Of a DNA stretch of 53,141 bases, positions 1 to 7,659 are shown piece by piece (the first letter of the stretch is position 1; every line of letters starts with the position of its first letter). The DNA lies in IMG/VR virus record IMGVR_UViG_3300030389_000481, positions 1-53,141 of that record, one strand, 5' to 3'. The position numbers and the translations under genes are program-made. Under the pieces are notes generated by a model, which saw nothing but the letters and a program-made list of their open reading frames with translations, did no database searches and had not been told where the DNA came from. Source of the stretch: a virus. Lineage: Duplodnaviria; Caudoviricetes.

Positions 1-1
1 A

Positions 2-99
2 TTGCATTGCTTATAAGAAGCAGGACTTCCTTGTTGCTCTTTAGATAAAGAGTTTATATCAAATTTATCTGTCATAGTATCCTCCTTAAGAATTTACAG
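2..99. repeat. Terminal direct overlap with 53044-53141 (circular assembly)
   Basis: 98 bp identical to the last 98 bases; base 1 (A) differs from its counterpart 53043 (G). Confidence 0.95.
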
Positions 100-271
100 A
101 TTTAGTTAAAATTTCAAGATACTTTTGCACCTTGAAGTATTCCACATCAGAAGATGTGTGAATTTGGTAGTGTTTTTTCTGAGTGTCAAATTTCTTTAAA
201 ATATTTAATGCATCTTCTATGCACGAAAACTCTAGAGTATATTTGTCATCAGGTAAATTAACATGTATCAT
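86..271 (-). CDS. First early gene, hypothetical protein (61 aa)
   Basis: ORF with AGGAG RBS at 278-282; its stop abuts the RBS of the next gene. Confidence 0.75.
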   Translation of the reverse strand: MIHVNLPDDKYTLEFSCIEDALNILKKFDTQKKHYQIHTSSDVEYFKVQKYLEILTKSVNS

Positions 272-321
272 AATTTTCTCCTATTAAAAAGGACTATTAA
301 GGGCAAACAAGTTCGTTGAAG

Positions 322-358
322 TCAAGAGTAGAGTCCATCGTAGATGGAAAACTCTTGA
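322..358 (+). other. Hairpin apex TCAAGAGT..TCCATC-GTA-GATGGA..ACTCTTGA, centre of the long inverted repeat
   Basis: 334-339 pairs with 343-348 around a GTA triloop; 322-329 pairs with 351-358. Confidence 0.85.
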
Positions 359-887
359 TATGCTTTAGCATACTTGCTTCATAAGGAGTTGGTTGCACAA
401 TAGTTTTATACTTTGACAGGAGAAAATTAAGATACATTTGAGAAAACTTATACAAATATATGAAATTTTTCGTGCATAGATTGGAGTTAAATCTTGGTCT
501 ATATTTGTAAACCAGAAAAAACACTACCAAATTTGCACTTTAAAAACTTGGAATACTTCAAGGTGCAATAGCCATAGGAGGGTGTTTGTAGATTAGCATG
601 AGGATACTATGACAGATGTTAAGAACTATAAAGTCTATGAAGTTTAGAAACAAGGAAGTCCTACTATTATATGCAACGCATTAGCAATTTTAAAAAAGCA
701 TGGTCGATTGGATGCGACATTGAAATCTTTGACATCAAATAAAAGATGTAAAACTAGGAAAACTCTACAAGTTATGAAGTTTTAAATACAAGGATAAGAT
801 TACAGATAGATGGTTTCGACTGATAAATTGCTAATGCACTTCTTCGGAGGTTTTTAAAGTGCTAGGGTAGGCAGGTGACCATACCAC
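343..887 (+). repeat. Right arm of a long patchy inverted repeat (partner: 52751-53141 plus 1-339)
   Basis: About 12 colinear blocks of 14-21 bp complementary to the first operon, e.g. 513-533/161-181, 549-568/125-144, 784-803/52873-52892. Confidence 0.95.
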
Positions 888-1101
888 CACCCATATATAT
901 CTATGCTATGCTTACACAAAATTACCAAAATCAGGTATTAACCAGTTCTTACATCTAGTTAACGCCCGGACTATATAATTCTATAAATACTTCAAAGAAA
1001 TATGCAATTAAATATGGCTAGTGGGATTGGTTGTAACCCGGTCGGGCACAAATATATTTTACAGTTCAGATTGGGTTTTGTCAATACCCTTCATCAAATA
1101 C

Positions 1102-1130
1102 TTGACAATTTTAAAATCCGACTATATACT
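1102..1130 (+). promoter_or_regulatory. Sigma70-type promoter for the late arm
   Basis: TTGACA-17 bp-TATACT; predicted start site coincides with ATG 1137. Confidence 0.75.
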
Positions 1131-1136
1131 TATATT

Positions 1137-1565
1137 ATGGCTATACTTCCAAGCATAAATAATGATGGCAGAAAGAGAGAGTTGACTGAAAAACAACAGT
1201 CTTTCTTAGACCACCTTGTAGAAACACAAGGAGATGCTAAAAAGGCTGCTGAACTTGCAGGGTATTCCTCCCACTATCATCATGTTGTTAAGACTTTAAA
1301 GTCTGAGATACTTGAATTAACTCAAGAAGTATTAGCTAATTCTGCACCGAAAGCAGCGTTTAAGCTTGTAGAGATTATGGAATCAAACAAACCTATCGTA
1401 CAAGCTAACAATAAACTTGCTGCTGCACAGACTTTATTAGATAGAGTTGGTGTAGGAAAGATAGATAGAGTTGATGTAAATCATAATGTTAATACTGGTG
1501 GTATATTTTTAATGCCAGATAAAAAGCCTATTGAAGGTGAATATGAGGAAGTAGATAATGCCTAA
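1137..1565 (+). CDS. Putative terminase small subunit
   Basis: LTEKQQSFL...AAELAGYS HTH typical of TerS; upstream of TerL; start moved from 1002 to 1137. Confidence 0.7.
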   Translation: MAILPSINNDGRKRELTEKQQSFLDHLVETQGDAKKAAELAGYSSHYHHVVKTLKSEILELTQEVLANSAPKAAFKLVEIMESNKPIVQANNKLAAAQTLLDRVGVGKIDRVDVNHNVNTGGIFLMPDKKPIEGEYEEVDNA

Positions 1566-1740
1566 GAAAAAGAAAAGCACAGTTAATAAAGCTGGGAACT
1601 ATACTAAACCTACTATGAGAAAAAATCTATTTAATAGAATCAAAGCAGGTAGTAAGGGTGGAAAACCCGGACAATGGAGTGCTCGTAAAGCACAGATGTT
1701 AGCAAAACAATACAAAGCAAAAGGTGGTGGCTATAAATAA
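1558..1740 (+). CDS. Small basic protein, DUF5872-like N-terminal half
   Basis: YTKP...KGGKPGQWSARKAQ...GGGY motif. Confidence 0.6.
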   Translation: MPKKKKSTVNKAGNYTKPTMRKNLFNRIKAGSKGGKPGQWSARKAQMLAKQYKAKGGGYK

Positions 1741-1988
1741 TGGCTTTAAAGAAGTCTCAACGAAGTTTAAAAGCATGGACCAAACAAAAGTGGCGAACTA
1801 AGTCTGGTAAAAAATCTAGTGAAACTGGAGAACGCTATTTACCGGAAGCTGCTATTAAATCTTTAAGTCCTGCTGAATACGCTGCATCTACTCGTAAGAA
1901 AAGAAAAGATACTAAAAAAGGTAAGCAGCATTCTAAACAACCTAAAAAGATTGCTAGAAAGACTAGGAGCTATAGAAAATATGCCTAA
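1740..1988 (+). CDS. Small basic protein, DUF5872-like C-terminal half
   Basis: QRSL.AWTKQKW...RYLP...GKQ motif; TAATG overlap with previous gene. Confidence 0.6.
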   Translation: MALKKSQRSLKAWTKQKWRTKSGKKSSETGERYLPEAAIKSLSPAEYAASTRKKRKDTKKGKQHSKQPKKIARKTRSYRKYA

Positions 1989-2271
1989 GAAAAAAGATTC
2001 AAGACTAACAAGAGCAGGAGTGAGTGGATATAATAAACCGAAGCGTACTCCTAATCATCCAAAGAAGTCACACATTGTTGTTGCTAAAGTAGGCGATAAG
2101 ATTAAGACTATTAGATTTGGACAAAAAGGAGCTAAGACTGCAGGTAAACCAAAAGCTGGTGAGTCTGCAAGAATGAAAGCAAAGCGTAAAAGCTTCAAAG
2201 CTAGACACGCTAAGAATATTGCCAAAGGAAAAATGTCTGCAGCTTACTGGGCTGATAGAGTAAAATGGTAA
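1981..2271 (+). CDS. Small Lys/Arg-rich phage protein
   Basis: KTIRFGQKG...FKARH...SAAYWA..VKW motif; start likely MPKKK at 1981. Confidence 0.65.
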   Translation: MPKKKDSRLTRAGVSGYNKPKRTPNHPKKSHIVVAKVGDKIKTIRFGQKGAKTAGKPKAGESARMKAKRKSFKARHAKNIAKGKMSAAYWADRVKW

Positions 2272-2348
2272 GATTATTTAATAAGCTTCATAAATTTATG
2301 AAGTGTGGTCGTATAAATAAAGTTATACGCATGATAACAAAGGAGTAA
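2265..2348 (+). CDS. Putative 27-aa basic peptide
   Basis: MVRLFNKLHKFMKCGRINKVIRMITKE fills the gap, overlapping the upstream stop. Confidence 0.4.
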   Translation: MVRLFNKLHKFMKCGRINKVIRMITKE

Positions 2349-2350
2349 AT

Positions 2351-2458
2351 ATGGAATATGTAGTAGGAATAGTAATTGCTTTAGTCGTTGTAGGTGGTGT
2401 TGTTTATAAATACAAACCTGAATGGATTGAAGTAGTTAAATCATATATAGGTAGATAG
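2351..2458 (+). CDS. 35-aa single-TM membrane peptide
   Basis: AGGAG RBS; MEYVVGIVIALVVVGGVVYKYKPEW... Confidence 0.65.
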   Translation: MEYVVGIVIALVVVGGVVYKYKPEWIEVVKSYIGR

Positions 2459-2459
2459 T

Positions 2460-2636
2460 ATGCCACAAATAGGTTCAGAACAAAAACCAGTCCTTATGAC
2501 TAATAAGAAGAATGGTGGTCGGATTGGTAAAGGTTCTAGACAAAGACCAATAACTAATAAAGAACAATTTGAAAAGAATTGGGATTTAATTTTTAACAAG
2601 AAAGTTTCCGAAACCGATAAGGTTAAGGAGGCGTAA
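2460..2636 (+). CDS. Small hypothetical protein (58 aa)
   Basis: GKGSRQRP...FEKNWDLIF motif; tightly packed. Confidence 0.6.
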   Translation: MPQIGSEQKPVLMTNKKNGGRIGKGSRQRPITNKEQFEKNWDLIFNKKVSETDKVKEA

Positions 2637-2692
2637 GAGGCTTCCTAGAGCATTCTTCATTCACCTCTGTTTTAGGAAGTCCAGCTTTTATT

Positions 2693-2944
2693 ATGGATAT
2701 ACCAGTAAATTATATAAGAAGAACTTCATCGACTGTACCTTTTGGTTATAAAGAATCAGAAGATTATGTTGGTTATTTAGAACCTATTGAACATGAGTTA
2801 TCAATTCTAAAAGAAGTTGTAGAAGCTGTGTTTCATAAAGAAATTAGTTTAGGTATAGGAGTTGACTGGTTAGAAGCAGAAACAGGAAGAAAAATGTCAA
2901 GACCGGGCTTAAAAAAGATTGTAGATAAAAAGTATGGTAGATAA
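2693..2944 (+). CDS. Hypothetical protein, possible HTH DNA-binding
   Basis: VPFGY...ISL....WL...TGRKMS..GL pattern; overlaps TerL start. Confidence 0.6.
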   Translation: MDIPVNYIRRTSSTVPFGYKESEDYVGYLEPIEHELSILKEVVEAVFHKEISLGIGVDWLEAETGRKMSRPGLKKIVDKKYGR

Positions 2945-4577
2945 AGAAAAAAAAACTTCAAAATACTTGACAGATGCAAATGGCGACTATATACTAAATA
3001 AAGATGGTAGTCGTAGGAAAAAACCCGGCAGACCAAAAAATAAAGAATTATCTAATATTCAATTAGCATTAAGAGCTAAAAAACAATTAGATAAAAAGAA
3101 CAAGAAAGTTAAAAAGCTAACTAGAAGTTTAGCAAAAGTAAAAAAAGAAGTCAAACAAGAAGAAAAAGTTTTGACTTCAAATGTTTTAACAGAGTCAGAT
3201 ACTAAAGAGTTACCTGATGCAATACAAGAACATTTAGATACTACTGGGGATTATGTGGCGTTTATGCCCAATGATGGTCCTCAAACAGATTTTTTAGCTG
3301 CTTCCGAAAAGGATGTACTTTATGGAGGAGCAGCAGGTGGTGGTAAAAGTTTTGCAATGTTAATTGACCCATTGCGATATTGTCACTTACCAGAACATAG
3401 AGCTTTAATACTTAGGAGGTCTATGCCAGAACTACGAGAACTTATAGATAAGTCTCGTGAACTCTATCCAAGAGCATTTAAAGGTGCTAAGTTTAGAGAA
3501 GTAGAAAAGTTGTGGCAGTTTCCTAGTGGAGCCAAAATAGAATTTGGGTTCTTGGAACGAGATGCTGATGTTTATCGTTATCAAGGACAAGCGTACAGTT
3601 GGATAGGTTTTGATGAAATAACTCATTTACCTACAGAGTTTGGTTGGAATTACTTAGCATCACGACTAAGAACTACTAACCCAGAGATAAAAACATATCT
3701 AAGATGTACAGCTAACCCCGGTGGTGTAGGTGCACAATGGGTAAAAAAAAGATATGTTGATTCAGCAGAACCTAATACAACATTTAAAGGTTCAGATGGA
3801 TTAACAAGAAAGTTTATACCAGCGTTGTTACAGGATAATCCTTACCTCGCTGAAGATGGTGAATACGAAAGGATGTTAGAATCCTTACCAGCAGTACAGC
3901 GTAAGCAGTTGTTGGAAGGAAACTGGGATGTCGCAGAAGGTGCAGCGTTTGCTGAATTTGCTTTAGACACTCATGTTATATCTCCTTTTGAATTACCTTC
4001 TTGGTGGGAGAGGTTAAAAGGAATAGACTATGGTTACGCTGCAGAAAGTTGTTGTCTATGGGCTGCTGTAGACCCTGATGATAAGACCATCATTATATAT
4101 AGAGAATTATACAGGAAAGGTCTAACAGGGGAAGCACTCGCTGACACTATAACACAGATGGAAGAAAATGAAATTAAATCTATTCCGGGTGTTTTAGATA
4201 CTGCTGCATGGGCAAGAACTGGATATAGTGGTCCGACTATTGGTGAAACCCTAGTCAATAGAGGACATAAATTAAGAAGGGCAGATAAAAATAGAATAGC
4301 TGGTAAGACTCAAATACATGAGCATTTAAGGCAAAGAGATGGTGGCAGACCTAGATTGCAAATATTTAGTAGTTGTGTTAATCTAATTAAAGAATTACAA
4401 GGTATACCATTATCTTCTAAAAATCCGGAGGATGTAGATACACATGCTTCGGACCATGCTTATGATGCATTAAGGTATTTGTTAATGAGTAGACCAAGAA
4501 CAGACCATCCATATGATAGGATGATGCGAATAAAAACAGATTTATATCGACCTTCGGATGATGGATTTGGATACTAA
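2934..4577 (+). CDS. terL: Terminase large subunit
   Basis: Walker A GGAAGGGKS, Walker B FDE, coupling motif TANP, nuclease IDYG and DHAYDALRY. Confidence 0.95.
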   Translation: MVDKEKKTSKYLTDANGDYILNKDGSRRKKPGRPKNKELSNIQLALRAKKQLDKKNKKVKKLTRSLAKVKKEVKQEEKVLTSNVLTESDTKELPDAIQEHLDTTGDYVAFMPNDGPQTDFLAASEKDVLYGGAAGGGKSFAMLIDPLRYCHLPEHRALILRRSMPELRELIDKSRELYPRAFKGAKFREVEKLWQFPSGAKIEFGFLERDADVYRYQGQAYSWIGFDEITHLPTEFGWNYLASRLRTTNPEIKTYLRCTANPGGVGAQWVKKRYVDSAEPNTTFKGSDGLTRKFIPALLQDNPYLAEDGEYERMLESLPAVQRKQLLEGNWDVAEGAAFAEFALDTHVISPFELPSWWERLKGIDYGYAAESCCLWAAVDPDDKTIIIYRELYRKGLTGEALADTITQMEENEIKSIPGVLDTAAWARTGYSGPTIGETLVNRGHKLRRADKNRIAGKTQIHEHLRQRDGGRPRLQIFSSCVNLIKELQGIPLSSKNPEDVDTHASDHAYDALRYLLMSRPRTDHPYDRMMRIKTDLYRPSDDGFGY

Positions 4578-4579
4578 AT

Positions 4580-6793
4580 ATGGCAGAAGATAATACATTT
4601 TTAAATGCAAATAATCTATATGAAGATGTAGAAGGTGAAGCTGGTAAGCAATTAAAATTAGAAGATGACCAACTACAAAACCTTATCGGTATTATCAAGG
4701 GTAGATATGCTACAGCCGAAATGGCTAGAGATGTTGATGAAAGAAGGTGGATAAAAGCATATGAAAACTATCGTGGTTTGTATGCAAAAAATATAAAATT
4801 TAGAGAATCTGAAAAATCTAAAGTCTTTATAAAAATAACAAAAACAAAAGTACTAGCAGCATTTGGTCAGTTAGTAGATGTTATTTTTGGTACAGGTAAA
4901 TTTCCTATAGGTATAGCAGAAACAAAAGTACCAGAGGGAGAAGCTGATATAGCTCACCTTGATATTAATAATCCTAATCCTAACATTGAAACTTCTGAAC
5001 CTAATATGGAAGATATGGATGTTGATGGTAACTCTGTTGATTATGTAAGTCCATACGATGTAGGTTATGAAGGTGATGGTAATGTACTAAAGCCCGGAGC
5101 TACACAGTTTAATGGTATTTATGAAGAACCTGTAGATGTACAAGCAGATAAAGCAGGTATACTTTCAGATGGAGCTAGTGCTATTCCACAAGAGATAGAA
5201 ATATCTCCAGCACAAAAAGCTGCAAGAAGAATGGAAAAACTTATTCATGACCAAATAGATGAATCACATGGTTCGGCTGAAATAAGAAATGCTCTTTTAG
5301 AATCTGCTTTACTTGGTACAGGGATTGTAAAAGGACCATTTAATTTTAATAAAAAACTACATAAATGGGATAAAGATGAAGATGGTAATAGAACATATAA
5401 TCCATTAGAAGTCAGAGTTCCTAGAATAGAGTTTGTAAGTTGTTGGGATTTTTATCCAGACCCATCAGCTACAAGCATGGAAGAATGTGAGTATGTTATT
5501 CACAGACATAGATTAAATCGTAGTGAACTAAGACAACTACGAAATATGCCTTACTTTAATGAAGATGCTATTCGTGAAGCTATTCAAATGGGTGCAAACT
5601 ATGTTGAAAAAGATTATGAAGCACAGTTGCGTGATGATAGGAGAGCTGATGAAGATATAGGTAATGACTATGAGGTGCTTGAATACTGGGGTATTATGGA
5701 TGCCGAGTATGCTAGAGAAGTAGGTATTGAATTACCAAAGTCAGTAGATGATTTAGATGAAGTTCAAATAAATGCTTGGATATGTGGTAACACAGTATTA
5801 AGAGCAGTTGTTAATCCATTTGAACCTTATAGAATACCATACCATGCATTTCCATACGAAAGAAATCCATATAACTTCTTTGGTATAGGAATAGCAGAAA
5901 ACATGGATGACTCTCAACAAATTATGAATGGTCATGCAAGAATGGCTATTGATAACTTAGCAATGTCAGGTTCACTAGTATTTGATGTAGATGAATCTGC
6001 ATTAGTTGGTGGACAAAGTATGGATATATATCCCGGCAAAATATTTAGAAGACAAGCTGGGATGCCCGGACAAGCAATACATGGAGTTAAGTTTCCAAAT
6101 ACATCACATGAAAACATGATGATGTTTGACAAGTTTAGACAACTTGCAGATGAACAAACAGGATTACCTAGTTATTCACACGGACAAACTGGTGTGCAAA
6201 GTATGACAAGGACTGCTTCTGGTATGTCAATGTTATTAGGAGCAGCTAGTTTAAATATAAAAACTGTTGTCAAGAATCTTGATGACTTTTTATTAAGACC
6301 TTTAGGAGAAGCGTACTTTCAATGGAACATGCAGTTTCATGAAGGTGAGTTAGATGTTGAAGGTGATTTAGAAGTTAGAGCTACTGGTACAAATAGCTTA
6401 ATGCAAAAAGAAGTACGAAGTCAAAGATTGACTATGTTCTTACAAACTGCACAAAGTCCAGCTATCGCACCATTTGTTAAAATTTCTAAATTAATTAGTG
6501 AACTTGCCTACAGCTTAGATTTGGACCCTGATGAAATACTCAATGACCCAGAAGAAGCTGCAATGATGGCACAGATAATAGGAATGCAAAATGCTAGACA
6601 AGAAAATAGCGAGGAAGCTCAACCCCTTGGTCAACAACAGGGAGCAATGGGAGGTAATGCAGGAACACCTGTCGAACCTCAAGAACTTGGCGTTACAGGA
6701 ACTGGTGGTGGCAACATCGGAATCGGAAATGCTCCGGTTGCAGGGGAAGATTCGTTCTCTGGCAATGTTGGAATCCCTACCGGAACAGGTTAA
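4580..6793 (+). CDS. Portal protein
   Basis: 737 aa directly after TerL; DFYPDP, FFGIG and RTASGMSML motifs typical of podovirus portals. Confidence 0.85.
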   Translation: MAEDNTFLNANNLYEDVEGEAGKQLKLEDDQLQNLIGIIKGRYATAEMARDVDERRWIKAYENYRGLYAKNIKFRESEKSKVFIKITKTKVLAAFGQLVDVIFGTGKFPIGIAETKVPEGEADIAHLDINNPNPNIETSEPNMEDMDVDGNSVDYVSPYDVGYEGDGNVLKPGATQFNGIYEEPVDVQADKAGILSDGASAIPQEIEISPAQKAARRMEKLIHDQIDESHGSAEIRNALLESALLGTGIVKGPFNFNKKLHKWDKDEDGNRTYNPLEVRVPRIEFVSCWDFYPDPSATSMEECEYVIHRHRLNRSELRQLRNMPYFNEDAIREAIQMGANYVEKDYEAQLRDDRRADEDIGNDYEVLEYWGIMDAEYAREVGIELPKSVDDLDEVQINAWICGNTVLRAVVNPFEPYRIPYHAFPYERNPYNFFGIGIAENMDDSQQIMNGHARMAIDNLAMSGSLVFDVDESALVGGQSMDIYPGKIFRRQAGMPGQAIHGVKFPNTSHENMMMFDKFRQLADEQTGLPSYSHGQTGVQSMTRTASGMSMLLGAASLNIKTVVKNLDDFLLRPLGEAYFQWNMQFHEGELDVEGDLEVRATGTNSLMQKEVRSQRLTMFLQTAQSPAIAPFVKISKLISELAYSLDLDPDEILNDPEEAAMMAQIIGMQNARQENSEEAQPLGQQQGAMGGNAGTPVEPQELGVTGTGGGNIGIGNAPVAGEDSFSGNVGIPTGTG

Positions 6794-6821
6794 AGAAGCA
6801 CTTAATAGGATAGAAGAATGA
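6591..6821 (+). CDS. Helical protein overprinted on the portal C-terminal tail
   Basis: Amphipathic 76-aa ORF (RLQGKI..L) with AGGA upstream; stop overlaps next ATG. Confidence 0.65.
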   Translation: MLDKKIARKLNPLVNNREQWEVMQEHLSNLKNLALQELVVATSESEMLRLQGKIRSLAMLESLPEQVKEALNRIEE

Positions 6822-7534
6822 TGAATTTTTTAAAAGATATAGGTTTAAGATTACAAATGGAAGAAGGTGGTCTGCTTGGCGACCTTGATAAAGATGGTAA
6901 AATGTCTGGTTATGAACAAGCTAGACAAGATGCTATTGAAAAAAGCATGAGAGAACAAAAACAAGAAGGTGGTCCAATGGAAAAAGAAATGGATGAACTC
7001 ATGCCGACTGCTGACAAAGATATGGTTCCAGATGAAGAAATGGAAGACAACTATATGGATTTTATAATTAAGGAAGCATTAACAGAAGAAGAAGAAGATA
7101 TGCTACTTAATAAATTACAAGAAGACAATGAGCTAATGATGTTATTTGATAAAGTAATAGATGTAGCTCAAGAATTTGCTGGGTCTGGTCCTGTTGAAGG
7201 TCCGGGTTCAGGAGTCTCTGACAGTATACCTGCAAGGTTATCTGATGGAGAGTTTGTTATGACTGCCAAATCTGTTGATACATTAGGGTCTGATAATTTA
7301 CAGGCTATGATGGATAGAGCAGAAATGGTAGCTGACAGAAAAGCTATGCAGGAAGGTGGTCCTGTTGATGAAGAAGAAAATATGATGCAAGATAATGTAA
7401 AAGTTATTGAGCAAAATATTAATGTTAGTAGACCTCAAACACAGGATACTCCTCGTATGATAGAGGATAATGACTTGGTTAAAGAAGAACTAACAAAACT
7501 TTCTTTATACGACAGACCACATGTGCGTAGTTAG
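6818..7534 (+). CDS. Acidic virion-associated protein
   Basis: GPGSGVSDSIPARLSDGEFVM motif; repeated R-x-x-x-x-E-G-G. Confidence 0.6.
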   Translation: MMNFLKDIGLRLQMEEGGLLGDLDKDGKMSGYEQARQDAIEKSMREQKQEGGPMEKEMDELMPTADKDMVPDEEMEDNYMDFIIKEALTEEEEDMLLNKLQEDNELMMLFDKVIDVAQEFAGSGPVEGPGSGVSDSIPARLSDGEFVMTAKSVDTLGSDNLQAMMDRAEMVADRKAMQEGGPVDEEENMMQDNVKVIEQNINVSRPQTQDTPRMIEDNDLVKEELTKLSLYDRPHVRS

Positions 7535-7536
7535 GA

Positions 7537-7642
7537 ATAGAGCTACCCTATTAGCGTAGGCACTCTATATTATATAAACCGAAAGGCGACCTTTACAACA
7601 AGCCCTATAGTGCACATATAGCTACCTTGTGAATGAAGCCCT
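7537..7642 (+). promoter_or_regulatory. Structured leader upstream of the scaffold gene
   Basis: Two hairpins containing three copies of a CNAC/C(N) internal loop. Confidence 0.55.
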
Positions 7643-7659
7643 GATTAGGAGGATTGAAA

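Noticed and set aside
297-530. 77-aa minus-strand ORF
   Set aside because: No RBS; it lies across the inverted-repeat arm and apex and is likely incidental
678-837. Local 13-bp inverted repeat GCATTAGCAATTT/AAATTGCTAATGC
   Set aside because: Real, but its left half belongs to a longer 18-bp block pairing with 53032-53049; it could be an alternative fold, with too little evidence on its own
418-887. CRISPR-like or self-targeting mini-array
   Set aside because: No constant repeat between blocks; the blocks are colinear with an adjacent target, which indicates an inverted repeat
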